Translations under genes and position numbers: made by a program
In this document: positions 13,102-25,440 of the stretch, piece after piece
Position numbering within the stretch: the first letter of the stretch is position 1
Layout: every line of letters begins with the position of its first letter
Assembly (NCBI GenBank): GCA_051942245.1
Contig: JAVECL010000012.1
Coordinates: 1-64,000, forward strand
Origin: Trypethelium eluteriae
Taxonomy: Eukaryota
Length of the DNA: 64,000 bases
Direction: 5' to 3'
Notes under the pieces: generated by a model
What the model saw: the letters and a program-made list of their open reading frames with translations, nothing else
Database searches by the model: none
What the model was told of the DNA's origin: nothing

Positions 13102-16001
13102 ATGGGCAAAACACAGTCACAAGTCCTCCCCATCGTTGCCTTACCACGTGACACTGTTCTGCTTCCCGGTGTCACCCTTCGAATCCCTATTGCAAACCGT
13201 GCGGACGTCGCGGCCGTCCTAGCCAATATCTATAGCCGTGCAAGCAGTCCGAGGCTCGAGCAGACGCCCGTCACCATCGGCTTCGTACCGCTGGTCTCAC
13301 CCTACCTTAGTCAAGATGGAAAGCGTTTAATTGAGGGGAAGGGAGGGAAACGTGGACATCTTGAAGTAGACCCAGCGAGAGCGACTGGAAAAGACCTATT
13401 CGCATATGGCACCTTCGGAAGGGTATCGGGTGTCCAAGGCCGGAGACCAGGGGAACTAGCATTGGTTGTGGAGGGACAAAATCGATTCAAGCTCGAGGAA
13501 ATCACCAAGGAGAGACCATTCTTGGAGGCAAGAGTTACAAGACACGAAGATTCTGGTAGGTACAATCCACCCCGGTATTGCAATGATATCCTCCTGACGA
13601 CTGTGACTACGTAGCCATTGATGCTTCGGATGAGGCAATCCAGCCACTTTTCTCCGAGCTCAAGCAACTCTCGCGCGAGCTGCTGGCACTCGTTCGACTT
13701 TCTTCCATACTTCCACGGGGGCCTGCTACGACTCTTTCTCCAATATTGGCGCGGAGGTTGGAGCTATTCATAGCGAGGAAGGATATCCAAGAAGCAGGCA
13801 ATCTCGCAGACTTTATGAGCAATGTCCTGGAATGTTCCCATGAGGAAAAATTGCGCATCCTCTCCGCATTAAACATCAAAGAGCGCCTGGAACGTGCGGT
13901 GGAACTCTTGCAAAAGCAAATCTCAGCGATCCAAGGCAATACACGAGTGATCTCTATCACTACGAATACACCGCAAGATTTGGACTTGGATCGTCTCACC
14001 AAATTGCGGGGAGAGACACTGAGGAGAAGGATGATTAATGGAACGATGCCGAGTGGAATCGGTATGCCATCAGGATTTCCAGGTTTTTCCGGTGGGAATA
14101 GTAATGGAACCGAGGAGGAAAGCAATGAGATGACAGAGCTTAAGAAGCGGTTAGATGAGGCGGGACTCAGCGCGGAGGCGAAGAAGGTTGCAGACCGCGA
14201 AATTCGACGTCTAGAGAAGATGAATCCGGCCCAAGCAGAATACCAGGTATGCAGGAATTACTTGGAGAATCTCGCGGAAATCCCCTGGACTAAGATGACC
14301 GAGGATAAGCTGGATTCGGCAACGCTCTCGAGGGCGCGCAAGCAGTTAGACGACGACCACTACGGCCTCGATAAGATTAAAAAGCGCTTGCTGGAGTACC
14401 TTGCAGTTCTAAGACTGAAGCAAGCGGTCAACGCTGATTTAGAGGCCCAGATTCAACACATAATACAACCCTCACAATCCCTCGACAAGGGAAGCGTAGA
14501 GCAGTCTGGCTCTGCCGATGACGCATCAACGCCGAAGCCACCGAACGAAGAAGAGATCCAAATCCTCAAGACCAAGCGGATGGTAGACAAGTCTCCAATC
14601 TTATTGCTCGTCGGTCCTCCTGGTACAGGTAAAACAAGCCTAGCAAAGTCTGTCGCCGCTTCTCTCGGACGCAAATTCCATCGCATTTCACTAGGGGGAG
14701 TTCGAGATGAAGCAGAAATCCGTGGTCATAGGCGAACTTATGTTGCTGCTATGCCGGGTCTCGTTGTTAACGGACTCAAGAAGGTAGGAGTCGCCAACCC
14801 TGTTTTCCTACTCGACGAGATCGACAAGCTTGGCATGTCGAACTTCCACGGAGACCCGTCTGCAGCAATGCTCGAAGTTCTAGATCCGGAGCAAAATTAT
14901 ACCTTCAATGACCACTACATCAACATACCTATAGATCTGAGCAAAGTTCTCTTCATCGCAACTGCAAATTCTCTCGACACAATTCCGCCACCATTACTGG
15001 ACAGGATGGAAACCATCTCATTATCCGGCTACACGACTCTCGAGAAGCGACACATCGCCAGACGCCACCTCATACCGAAACAAGTCACCACCAACGGCCT
15101 TCAAAAGGACCAGATCCTTATGGAGGATGACGTAGTCGACAAAATAATCACTTCTTACACTCGCGAATCTGGCGTCCGTAATTTAGAACGGGAAATCGGC
15201 TCCGTTTGTCGTGCGAAAGCCGTCGAGTATGCCGAAGCTAAGGACAGCGTTACTCCTTCCGAGGCTGAATCGACGTCGAACCCACCCAAACTGCCAAGCC
15301 CCACAGTGTACAGTCCCACCGTCACCATCGACGATCTGGACAGCATTCTAGGCATTGAACGTTTCGAAGAGGAGATCGCAGCCAAGGACTCCCGTCCAGG
15401 TGTCGTCACGGGTCTGGTCGCATACAGCACCGGCGCACAGGGCTCCATCCTCTTCATCGAGGTTGCCGACATGCCCGGGTCTGGGCGTGTGCAGCTAACG
15501 GGCAAACTCGGTGACGTGCTCAAGGAGTCGGTCGAGGTTGCGCTGACGTGGGTGAAAGCGCATGCCTACGATCTGAACCTTAGCAGTAGCCCCGACGAGG
15601 ACGTGATGAAGAGCCGTAGCATTCATGTGCACTGCCCAAGCGGTGCGATCCCCAAAGATGGGCCCTCAGCGGGGCTGGCGCATACGGTGGCGCTGGTCTC
15701 GTTGTTCTCGGGGAAGTCGGTGAGGCCGACGCTGGCGATGACGGGGGAGGTGAGTCTAAGGGGGAAGGTGACGCCCGTTGGAGGAATCAAGGAGAAGTTG
15801 ATTGGGGCCCTACGGGCGGGTGTCAAGACAGTCTTACTCCCTCAGGGTAACAAGAAGGACGTAAGAGATCTACCGGAGGAGGTTAAGCAGGGACTTGAAA
15901 TCGTACACGTGGGACACATCTGGGAGGCATTGAAGGTGGTGTGGCCTGGCGAGCACTGGGTTGGCGAACGGGGATGGAGCGGAGTGGAAAGCAGGCTATG
16001 A
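13102..16001 (+). CDS. Peroxisomal Lon protease (LONP2/Pln type); intron 13556-13614
   Basis: LON N-domain VLLPGV; Walker [10 protein letters not shown], Walker B LLDEIDK; protease motif PKDGPSAG and VGGIKEK; C-terminal PTS1 SRL. Confidence 0.96.
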
Positions 16002-16365
16002 AAGGGTGTTGAAATGGAAACTGGACGACTTGACGGAAGAAACGAATGAGAATTTTAGCACGAACACTTCGACAAGTACTCATGCAGCCTGACTAGACCT
16101 ACGTAGCTTTTCCAATGCAATTCAGGAGCATGGAGATATGCCGAATTCGGTGAGACTTTATTCCGTACTCCGTGAGAGTTTTGTGTGACGAAAATTCGTT
16201 GTATACCTCCTAGGTACATTAACTAACAATTTGCGCCACCAGTAGTCGCAAGTCAAATCGCGATATCACTGCACAAATACAACGTTGCATTCGTAAAGTT
16301 GCCTGTCAAAATTGAAAGGTGAAGCCTGTTACGCCGATCAGCCTTTCCCACACACAAAGCACACC

Positions 16366-17738
16366 ATGGTGGTTGGGGTAGCAATCATTGGAAGTGGGAT
16401 ATTCGTAAGCAAAGAGCATCTGGTAAGTCCAACAGCGTGGTTCTTCTTGAAAAGTACATCTACTCCATGATTCTTCACAAACTGTCTATCTTCCCTAGGA
16501 AGTAGGGAGGCATTTGTTCCTCAGCAATGCATACTTTTTGAACTAGCCCAACCTGACGGCTTCATAATCTTACATCCCTTATTCAATTGAAAATACTGAC
16601 CTTTCTATCAACGAAGCCCGCTGTCCAAGTGACCTCTTCCCTTACACTAAAAGCCATCTACTCCCGCTCCCTTAGTTCCGCTCGCAATCTTGGGTCGGAC
16701 ATTTCTAGCTTAGATCTTTATAGCAATGACGCAGGCGCCGGAAGGACCTATCAAGACCTTCTTGAGCGAACTGATGTCGAGGCCGTCATCATCGCTCTAC
16801 CCATCTTGATGCAGCCAGAATTCATCAAAAGAGCATTGGAAGCTGGGAAGCATGTTCTCGCAGAGAAGCCCATTGCCAAGGACGTCGCGACAGCAACAGA
16901 GCTACTAGAGTGGTACGAAAAGAACATCAATACGAGTAAGGTGACGTTTTGTGTAGCCGAGAACTATCGCTTCTTTGACAGCGTCATATTTGCCCGAGAG
17001 CAAGTCGAAAAACTCGGACGAGTACTTGGGTTCAATGTGAGGCTCCAGAACATGGTGAAGCTAGGCGGACGATATATTGGTGCGTGGCAGTTCTCGATGC
17101 ATGTCAAAATTGAGGACAATTGTGGCTCAATCCAATGTTCCAGAAACGGAGTGGCGTAAGAAGCCCGAGTACCAAGGGGGCTTCGTTCTCGACGCTGGGA
17201 TTCATTGCATCGCCGGCCTTCGAATGCTCCTCGGACCAGAGAATGCTCCAGTACGAGTCGCAGCATTCTCAGAGCAGCTCCAAAATCATCTGCCCCCTGT
17301 GGACACCCTCAACGCTACGGTTAAGACGAAGTCCGGTGTCACTGGATCTTTTGCAGTGTCTTTTGGGACTACCTACGACGAATATGAGCTAAGTGTGGCA
17401 TGCGAAAAAGGTGCTGTGTATCGTGACAGGGCCGGCACTAGCTTCGAAGTTGGCATCGGTGGAGCCGTGGTTGTGAGAAGCGAGGGTAAACAAGAGAGAA
17501 CTGAATTCATGAACGAAGAGTTCGGCGTCAAACAGGAGGTAAAGGCATGGGCCAAAGCGCTTGAGACAGGACTACAGGACCCCAGACAGAAGCCTGAGGA
17601 AGCCCTGAGAGATCTTGAGATGGTGAGTTGGTCTATTCTTTTCGACTTTTGTCTTACTAATCGATACGCTTCCAGCTTGAAGCCATGTTGCGTAGTGGAG
17701 AGCAGAATGGACAGCCTGTAGATCTACCTGTAACATGA
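16366..17738 (+). CDS. Gfo/Idh/MocA-family NAD(P)-dependent oxidoreductase; introns 16423-16616, 17080-17143, 17623-17675
   Basis: VAIIGSGIF, AGKHVLAEKP, VAENYRF, GGFVLDAGIH; consensus splice sites join the fragments in frame. Confidence 0.92.
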
Positions 17739-17815
17739 CGTCTCTGACGAAAGGGAAGCAGACTTATCGTGTCGACTTCTAAGCCAGTAGTGGCTGCTGG
17801 AGTCCATGCAACTGG

Positions 17816-19292
17816 TCAGCCGCTCCCTAAAGACTCCGAAAATTTGCTGTCCGTAGAATCTCGTATGTCAAGTCTTTCCATAGCAGTCTTGATTGGATCA
17901 GTCTCAGGTGTCGTCTCTACTGGTCCAGACATTCCAGCTGGAGGAAGAGCCCAATCTGGCAGAGGTGTCTCGTACTCCCATGATCCTCCAATACAAGCAT
18001 AGCGCCTAGCATGCAGGTAGATGCCCAACTCATGCGACCCAGGATCGGTGTAGAGCTGCGTTCCACAAATTTCGCACGTTTCACCACTCAACTTCTCCGC
18101 TTTGCGTTTGTTGTAGTCTTCGACCATTTCGTCGTGATATGCAACAGCTTCGGCAACCTGGTCCTTTCCCATACGAGATAGACGCGCCATGACGTCCTCA
18201 TCATCATCCGATTTATCGTCACCACACGCTAGGTCTTGACCGAAGACTCGTTGATTACAATATATCGGATCGTTTGAGATGGGATGTCCCAGGAATTGCA
18301 GGTGCACTCTCAACTGATGTGTACGTCCCGTAAGCGGCAGACACCGAACAATAGAATATCCTTCTTTAGACTTCCAAGAGCGACCCTTTTCTTTCTCGGG
18401 ATCGATGCCATCCACACGATTAGGAATGCCTGCATTGGTCCCATTTTTTTCTTCCTGTATTCCTCTTGGCGGGTAATGCGCAAGACGTCTGAAGACTGTA
18501 CGCGCTTCTTTTCCTTTTGCACGAACGCGATTGAGACCGAGTTTGGGACTGATCTGCAAAATTGGTTGCTCACAAATGATCTCACCCTCAGGAAATTCCC
18601 CTTTTACTCTGGCAATGTATTCCTTTTTCACCTCTCGCCCTCTAATCTGAAGTGTCAAACGATCCGCAGCCTGAGGGTGTTTTGCCACGAACATGATGCC
18701 ACTGGTCAGTCTGTCCAGCCGATTGCAGGGGCGAGGATTCCAATTGTAGCCGCGGTCCGCACGCATGATCTCCACAATGGAATTGTAATTGTATCGACCA
18801 GCGGGATGTACGGGCACTCCAGCAGGTTTATTGATGACGATCATGTCATTATCTTCATGGACGATACCGATGGGCTTAGCGGTAACCGGTGGTTCATGTC
18901 TGTGTAGTGTATGCGAAATCACATCGCCATTTTTCACGGGTTGATATACAGCGGCTTGTCTGCCATTGACAACAACTTTGCCGGCTTCTATGGCGTCTTT
19001 CTGATAAAGTCAACGATTGTTGCGGACCTACGATGACAATTACGGGGCTACTTACGTAGTACTCGACCGGCCGATCACGGAACTCAGAAGAAAAGATTTC
19101 GAGCAACTCACGACCTCGCCAGCGCTCTTTGCAATAAGTATTGTAAGTATAGTGGTATGGCCGCACTCTTCGGAGATCTCCATCGAGATAATATGGTCTC
19201 GGCCATGGATCGCAGGGGGTGATAGCTACGGCTGGTGGTGAGGGAAAACTTTCCGGCTGTACCTGCAGAGGTTCGCTAATGGTGACGGCCAT
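17816..19292 (-). CDS. RluA-family tRNA pseudouridine-32 synthase (Rib2/Pus8-Pus9-like); intron 19001-19055; no C-terminal deaminase domain
   Basis: YCKERWRGR, S4-like segment, INKPAGVPVHPAG, catalytic NRLDRLTSG, PLTGRTHQLRVH, GHPISNDPIY, IYLHA. Confidence 0.93.
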
Positions 19293-19989
19293 GGCTTGCG
19301 CAGGAATGCGCCCTTGCCGAAGAAGATAGGCGAGGATACGTGGTGAGGGAGCCAGGAAGGAGGGTCGACGTTACAAAGGAGAAGACGATGTGGAATATGG
19401 GGTTGGATCTCCTCCGAGTGCGTTTGTTTGCGGAGAGAAAGAAGATTTGCTAATTGCGGATCAGGGTTGAGTGCAGTGCTCCTTCCAAGGTCTTGCAGTA
19501 GTCCGCTCCCAATGAGTTGCATTACGGTAGACGTCCGTCAATTGGGACAAGCTTTATTTTGTTTACATGACTACGTGATTTAATATGATAATAATGTTAA
19601 GCGTTGTTTTTTCTCCCTTTGAGTTCTCGACACTGCCGCGCTCTTGATGGTGCACCAGCATTTCCTGAAAATCAGTTCTGTCTCTGCAGGAAGATACCTA
19701 CCTTCGGTTGCCCGGCATGGTGAGATCTTCAAATCATTGACACCATCTGAAGAAGATCTAAATTGGAAAGCTTCATTCCAACAAGAAACTCACAACCCAG
19801 CCACGCCAGCCTAAGCTCAACTTTCTAGCAGTAATTATTTTGGCGGTGAGCATGTCAGCGGCAGAATGCTGTGCTTCGATAGGAGCCTCGGTATTCTGTG
19901 ATCGCAATGTCCTTTCCCGAAGTATGATTACCGGTTTGTATTTCAGACCATCGATGGCTGTGAAGTCGTCACAAACACTATAAAGAAAT

Positions 19990-20759
19990 ATGGCGTTGGA
20001 TACTGCGAAGAGTCGCCGGTTAGAAGACTATGGGTTTCGCTTGGATCACAGGACAAGATGGTAAGCTTCACTTTCGCTGGGCGAGAGATAATGCTATGCG
20101 CTTTGTATCTGTCCAATTGGGCCAGTCAGTAACGGGTAGTATTGACACACCGGCATTCTCAACACTTGTCCGACTACCTAAACTTTCAGACCCCAATCAA
20201 TTCTGTGAATTCGGCGGCAAGAGACTAGGGAAGAGTCGATCAAGATAAAGCAAAAACCGTATCCAATGCCTTTACGTTCTATATCGCATTTGCTGATATG
20301 GAAGCTGTAGGATCGACAACGACATGTATGACCACATGAATAACAGTGTGTACTACTTTCTGTCCGTCGAACTTTCGGGTAATGGCGGAATGTTAGTGCT
20401 AACTCTTACAAAGATTTGATTCGGTCGTCAATGCATATCTCATAAAAAGTTGCGGTCTTCATCCACCCACATCAGATCTGATCGGTTTGGTGGTTCACTC
20501 CCACTGTGACTATTTTGCTCCTGTCGGATTTCCTGCAGTCATTGAGCTGGGCCTTCGAGTGGTGAAATTGGGCAAGAGTAGCGTGACGTATGAGATTGGA
20601 GTCTTCGAAAAGGATCAAGAGGAAGTCAAAGCTGTCGGCGAATTTGTGCACGTGTTTGTGGATAGGCATACACGACGACCAAGGGCTGATGGAATGGGAA
20701 CCCAACTGAAGAAGGGACTACAAGTCCTTGCTACTCCGATCAAAATCTCCAAGCTGTGA
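19990..20759 (+). CDS. Hotdog-fold (4HBT-like) acyl-CoA thioesterase with PTS1; introns 20061-20310, 20362-20413
   Basis: Spliced product MALDTAKSRRLEDYGFRLDHRTRWIDNDMYDHMNNSVYYFLFDSVVN..GLVVHSHCDYF..LGKSSVTYEIG..FVHVFVD; ends ISKL. Confidence 0.9.
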
Positions 20760-21018
20760 GAAAGACACTCTAAGAAAAGGTCTGATGGGTGCAAGAAAAT
20801 GTGATTCATTAGAGAGACCTAGGAGGTTGAGCAAATCAATGATGCAGCAGTATAACCGATTGAACCATCCCAAAAACACCAAAACCCAGGATTCATCATA
20901 GCCCATAGGCTTGGGCCTGCCTCTGCAACTGTCGCCTATCAACTACTTCGATTTCGTCATGTGGCGCTCAAAAATCAAAAGAGAAGTCAGCACAAGATTT
21001 GGCCCGACGCAATATCGT

Positions 21019-21639
21019 TCACCATCTGTTGCTACCATGGTGTCCACCCTGGCCATGATGCGAGTCCTTGTACTTGTCCTCAAGCTTGCTGCCCATGAAT
21101 GCACCAGCAAGCGTTCCGATGATCCCGTGCCCAGCTTTATGTCCCCCAAATGCTCCCAAGGCGCCGCCAGCAAGAGCACCAGCTAGACCTCGCTCACCTT
21201 CGGGCGCGTTGGGGTCGTATTGGCCTTGTTGCTGGGCGTACGGGTTGTTGGGATCCGAGGGAGCTGGCGCCGAGCCATAGGCTCCTTGCTGGGGGAATTG
21301 ATGAGGATGACCGGGAGACTGCGGCTGGTAGTTGCCGTATTGATCGCGAGACGCTTGCTGGTTCTGGTCGTAATTGCCTCCATGCTGATGACCGTGTTGA
21401 AAGCCACCCTCGTGCGGCGGGCCATACGCGCCTTGGTTGTAGTTGTACTGAGGCTGCTCTCCGTAGCTAGGAGCAGGCGGAGCACTATAACCGCCTTGCT
21501 GAGGTGGATACTGCTGCTGTTGCTGGTGAGGAGGATACTGCTGATAGTTTTGGTCGTAGCCGCCAGCGTAATTGGGAGCTTGAGGCGGGTAGCCCTGCTG
21601 GTAACCTTGCTGATTGTACTGATCGTAGGGGCCAGACAT
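21019..21639 (-). CDS. Gln/Tyr/Gly/Pro-rich protein with C-terminal glycine-zipper (2TM-type) domain
   Basis: Low-complexity QYGP N-terminus then ERGLAGALAGGALGAFGGHKAGHGIIGTLAGAFMGSKLED; ACC ATG context. Confidence 0.88.
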   Translation of the reverse strand: MSGPYDQYNQQGYQQGYPPQAPNYAGGYDQNYQQYPPHQQQQQYPPQQGGYSAPPAPSYGEQPQYNYNQGAYGPPHEGGFQHGHQHGGNYDQNQQASRDQYGNYQPQSPGHPHQFPQQGAYGSAPAPSDPNNPYAQQQGQYDPNAPEGERGLAGALAGGALGAFGGHKAGHGIIGTLAGAFMGSKLEDKYKDSHHGQGGHHGSNRW

Positions 21640-22613
21640 GGTGGGGGCTTTTCAAAGGAAGGCGCCTTGTCGATCGGACAATGATGAGGAATGGGGTTCT
21701 TCTGACTAAGAAATGCAAATTGTGCTGGAGCTTTGGAGGTCTTAGAGTCTTGGGATATGCTAGAGAAAAAGTGGTGCCGTGAGGACTGAAGTGCGAAATG
21801 GTGGGAAGGAGTGAAGTGCTAAATACCCCGCCAGAGGCGAGTTGCTGACACAGAATAACGCAAGTCGCACCGGTCTTGGATGGATGGCTGTGTCACTGAA
21901 GGGTGACTTTCACAGGCACAGCCTCAACTGTCCGCAGCCAACTTTCTGGAGATTTCTCGCAACCTTAGCCGGGCGCCAGTGATGGCCGCTACAATGAAAG
22001 ATGTGATATCAAAGGAAAGAAACCCTCTTGAGACCTTTGAAGTGTTACTTTGAGTAGCCTGCCATCAAAACGTTGGCAATGGAGTTAATGTGGTCACTGG
22101 CGTTTGGTTGGATCTCCAATGCGCAGCAGCGGGCATTCACTATGAGAGCCTCTTGAATGACCAAGTGAATTGATCTGTCATCATAAAGAATGTTCACTGG
22201 CATTGGCCATGCGCTAAAAGAGGGAGACCGTCCGGGTTCTCTGAGCCTCTGAATGTCGTCTCCTTTCAGCTGTGATGTTCCAGCGGAGTCGCTCAAGCGC
22301 TGTGGCGCAGTCATACAACGACTTCACGGAACTCGGCCTACCGGAGGTCTCAGGATACCCACTTGATTCTACCGCCTAGCACCTGAGAACAATGGTCTCG
22401 TTCATCACAGCTTCACGGAGTAGGCTCTTTGCGAGGCTCCACAGATGATAATAGTGGACATGACTCTGCACAAAGCTAAACCTTCCAGAGAGACACTGGC
22501 GAAGCCTGAAGAGGACTTTGTCGTCACGCAGCTTTCGCCGTCGTCACCCGATGCATATACAGTAGCTCCAACCCGTCACTTGGTCCTCTTCAATAATGAT
22601 ATTTAGAAGAATA

Positions 22614-23387
22614 TCACAGATCTGGATCTACATGTATCTTGAACTTCTTCATTGCCCGACCTGGCGCAGAGGTCTCGAACTGCGAACCATGCAATTCAAA
22701 GACTAGTGGAGGCGATTGCGTTGACTCTTGGCCATCACTAGTGGTTACTGACGGCAGTGGTACCTCAAAACGGAAAATAGTGTGCTCTTTTGGCAATACT
22801 GACGACAAGCAGTTTAGCAAGCAGCCTGCAATTAGATCGGTCGAACGTTGCATACTTTTTAACTTATTGTCCTTGGTGATAATCTCGAATGTAAACTTTG
22901 TGTCCTTCACGACAATACCTCTTACCCCAACTCTGCTCACGCATCGGCTGCGGACTACCTCAACGTCTGCTCCGTGAAAGTCTGCAGTGACTAATTGTTG
23001 CCCTGCACTTTGTGCCGACACCCCCATGATCAATGTTCCATCTCCTCTTTTCTTTCCTATCCCCAAAACATCCTGCATGTAAGAGGCCCACATCTGGTGA
23101 AGAGGTACGTAGATGTCGAATTTTTGCTGTGATTTCGGTATGTCGTACACGCATCTGGCGCGCTTCTGCCCAGCTGATAGAGGGTGGGGCTTGTTTGAAC
23201 TGCGACGAGATGCAATCTGAGCAGCGCGTAATTTCTGGCGTGCCGTGCGAGCATCTTCTCTCCTTGATGATGGCGAGGTAGGGCGAAGTAGGAGGGGACG
23301 GTGGGCGATCTTGTCGCGATAGATTTGCGATGCGGTATCGGGGGAGTGAGCACGGGCGAGCAGCCGTTGTGATATTTTGTCGCTCAT
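22614..23387 (-). CDS. POP4: RNase P/MRP subunit p29; in-frame 57-nt intron 22799-22855
   Basis: VPLHQMWASYM, ADFHGADVEVVRSRC, GIVVKDTKFTF, PKEHTIFRF, ELHGSQF. Confidence 0.93.
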   Translation of the reverse strand: MSDKISQRLLARAHSPDTASQIYRDKIAHRPLLLRPTSPSSRREDARTARQKLRAAQIASRRSSNKPHPLSAGQKRARCVYDIPKSQQKFDIYVPLHQMWASYMQDVLGIGKKRGDGTLIMGVSAQSAGQQLVTADFHGADVEVVRSRCVSRVGVRGIVVKDTKFTFEIITKDNKLKSMQRSTDLIAGCLLNCLSSVLPKEHTIFRFEVPLPSVTTSDGQESTQSPPLVFELHGSQFETSAPGRAMKKFKIHVDPDL

Positions 23388-23692
23388 AATGTTGTCTTGA
23401 GGTCCTCAAGACTAGTTGATAGTAAATGTTCGTGGTCAAAAGATCATAGAGAGTGTACTGATGAGGTGGAAGATGGCTTGTGAATGATGCTGGCGGAGTT
23501 GCCTCCGAAGCCGAAGCGGAAGACTGTTTGCGATGCCCACTAGAGTACTGTAGAGTACCGTAGAGTAAGACAAAGATTTCACCACGCAAACCTTTTCCGT
23601 GCCTTTGTAACTACCACGCAGCTTTCAGATAGCTCTTTTCCGAGTGATAAATCTTCAAAAAAAAAAAAAAAAACTAGTGCCGACGACAATAA

Positions 23693-24448
23693 ATGCTGAA
23701 ACTTTGTCTGAGGGTCTTGTCTCCCCGCACGTTGGTACAACACAGGAGAATGTCATCGGAGAAATCATCTGCGATGATTTTCGCCCCTGGAGGCACAGAT
23801 GCCAACTTTCAGGCGCAACAATACACGAAAGGCAGTCTAGAGATTTCTGACCTTGTCGATGATCCATTCCAACAATTTCATATCTGGTTTAATCACGCCC
23901 GGTCCCAGAACGTACACCAACCAGAGACTGTGACATTTTCTACGGCAGAACTGCCGTCAGGACGGGTATCAGCACGGATGGTGTACCTCAAAGAACTCGA
24001 TGACCGCGGGTTCGTCATCTATAGCAACTGGGCGACAAGCCGCAAAGCTGCGGATGTCGCAAGTAATCCTCATGCCGCGTTGACTTTTTGGTGGCACGAA
24101 TTGGAGCGTCAAGTCAGAGTTGAAGGTGAAGTGGAACGCTTGACGAGCGAGCAATCCCAGATCTATTACGATACGAGGATACGCGGGTCAAGACTTGGGG
24201 CATGGGCAAGCGAACAGAGCAAGGAATTACGCAGTAGAGAAGAACTAGAGAGGAGGGTAAGGGATGTTGAGGAGAGGTTCGAAGGGCAAGAGAAGGTTCC
24301 TGTACCGGACTTTTGGGGAGGGCTAAGGGTGTTGCCTAAGACGATAGAATTTTGGCAGGGCCGGGAGAGTAGACTGCATGATCGCTTCTGCTACACCAAA
24401 GATGACATATCTCAAAGTGAATGGAAAATTCGCAGACTCAGTCCGTAA
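23693..24448 (+). CDS. PDX3: Pyridoxamine/pyridoxine 5'-phosphate oxidase; second in-frame ATG at 23750
   Basis: DPFQQFHIWF, SARMVYLKE, RQVRVEG, SRLGAWASEQS, PDFWGG, EFWQGRESRLHDR, RRLSP. Confidence 0.97.
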   Translation: MLKLCLRVLSPRTLVQHRRMSSEKSSAMIFAPGGTDANFQAQQYTKGSLEISDLVDDPFQQFHIWFNHARSQNVHQPETVTFSTAELPSGRVSARMVYLKELDDRGFVIYSNWATSRKAADVASNPHAALTFWWHELERQVRVEGEVERLTSEQSQIYYDTRIRGSRLGAWASEQSKELRSREELERRVRDVEERFEGQEKVPVPDFWGGLRVLPKTIEFWQGRESRLHDRFCYTKDDISQSEWKIRRLSP

Positions 24449-25440
24449 GATTGAGCGGCTCATCTCGACTCTGTGTATTTACTAGTACGTCCATTCCACG
24501 AAACGAGCTGTTCTTTTGCATAACGAACACGGCTCTGACCAAACCGTTGCTGAAGAGTGATCAGCTGGGCGATAGGGAATTTTGAGATCCTGGACACCCA
24601 TGAGCAGTTCTGTTCTATTAAAACAGTAAAGCTCCAACCACTACAAAGCCTTAGAAACTTGCATCAGCTTGTGCCGATAGCGTGTTGGCACGGGGTTATG
24701 CAGATAAATTGTGAAAATGAGTTAAGGGGAAAAGAGTAGCATAACGTAAATGAGAAAATCGAAGAGGAAGTAGTCTGCATGAAATTAGAAGAAATGGATG
24801 GTGGTAGCACTGAGAAGCCTGGGTTCTTTCAAAAATAGCCATCTGTCTCGATATACCTCGTCTATACTAGCAGGTGTACATAGGCCATTTTATCTCTGAC
24901 CCTATCTCAACCACTCAAAGAATATTTGGCGTTCTGTGGCCCAGCAAAATGTTTGGTGAGGTCGCTCCAGACGTGAGCCAGCAGGCTCCGGTATGATCAA
25001 TAAATGAGATCTGCGCAGTTCCAGAGCCTATTGCCAGAGCGCGTCGATGTGATCCTTGCAGTGAGGAATGCTCTTGGACTACTCTGGCAGAGGTAAGCTG
25101 CTCTATGCCTAATCGGTTGCGTATTGGTGGGTCCTATTGAGCTTCATCTTGCTACTGCTATCTTCTTTACAAGAGACTTCCTGGGTAGGTCGAAGAGCAG
25201 CTAATGACGATAGTCTCGGTGACTCTTCGGAAGCGATAGGGAACCTGTGAAGGTTTGGCGTAGAGTACGTATCGACTGTATGAAAACTTTCGGCGTGCAT
25301 GTCCGTATACGCAACAGCTTTCGCGGATGGCCCCCTCTAAGGCCCGTCGGTCCTTATTTCGACCTCGCAGGTGCTAGATCCTTTGTGGAGACTGCCGCAA
25401 AAGCACTTGAGCCCTTCGTTAGGATTTTGTGATTTCGTGA

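Noticed and set aside
16423..16616. Intronic C/D snoRNA in the long first intron of the oxidoreductase
   Set aside because: Only a weak C-box-like ATGATT and a CTGA; no terminal stem or rRNA guide identified
21068..21782. Multiple overlapping ORFs on other frames of the glycine-zipper gene
   Set aside because: By-products of low-complexity, GC-rich coding sequence
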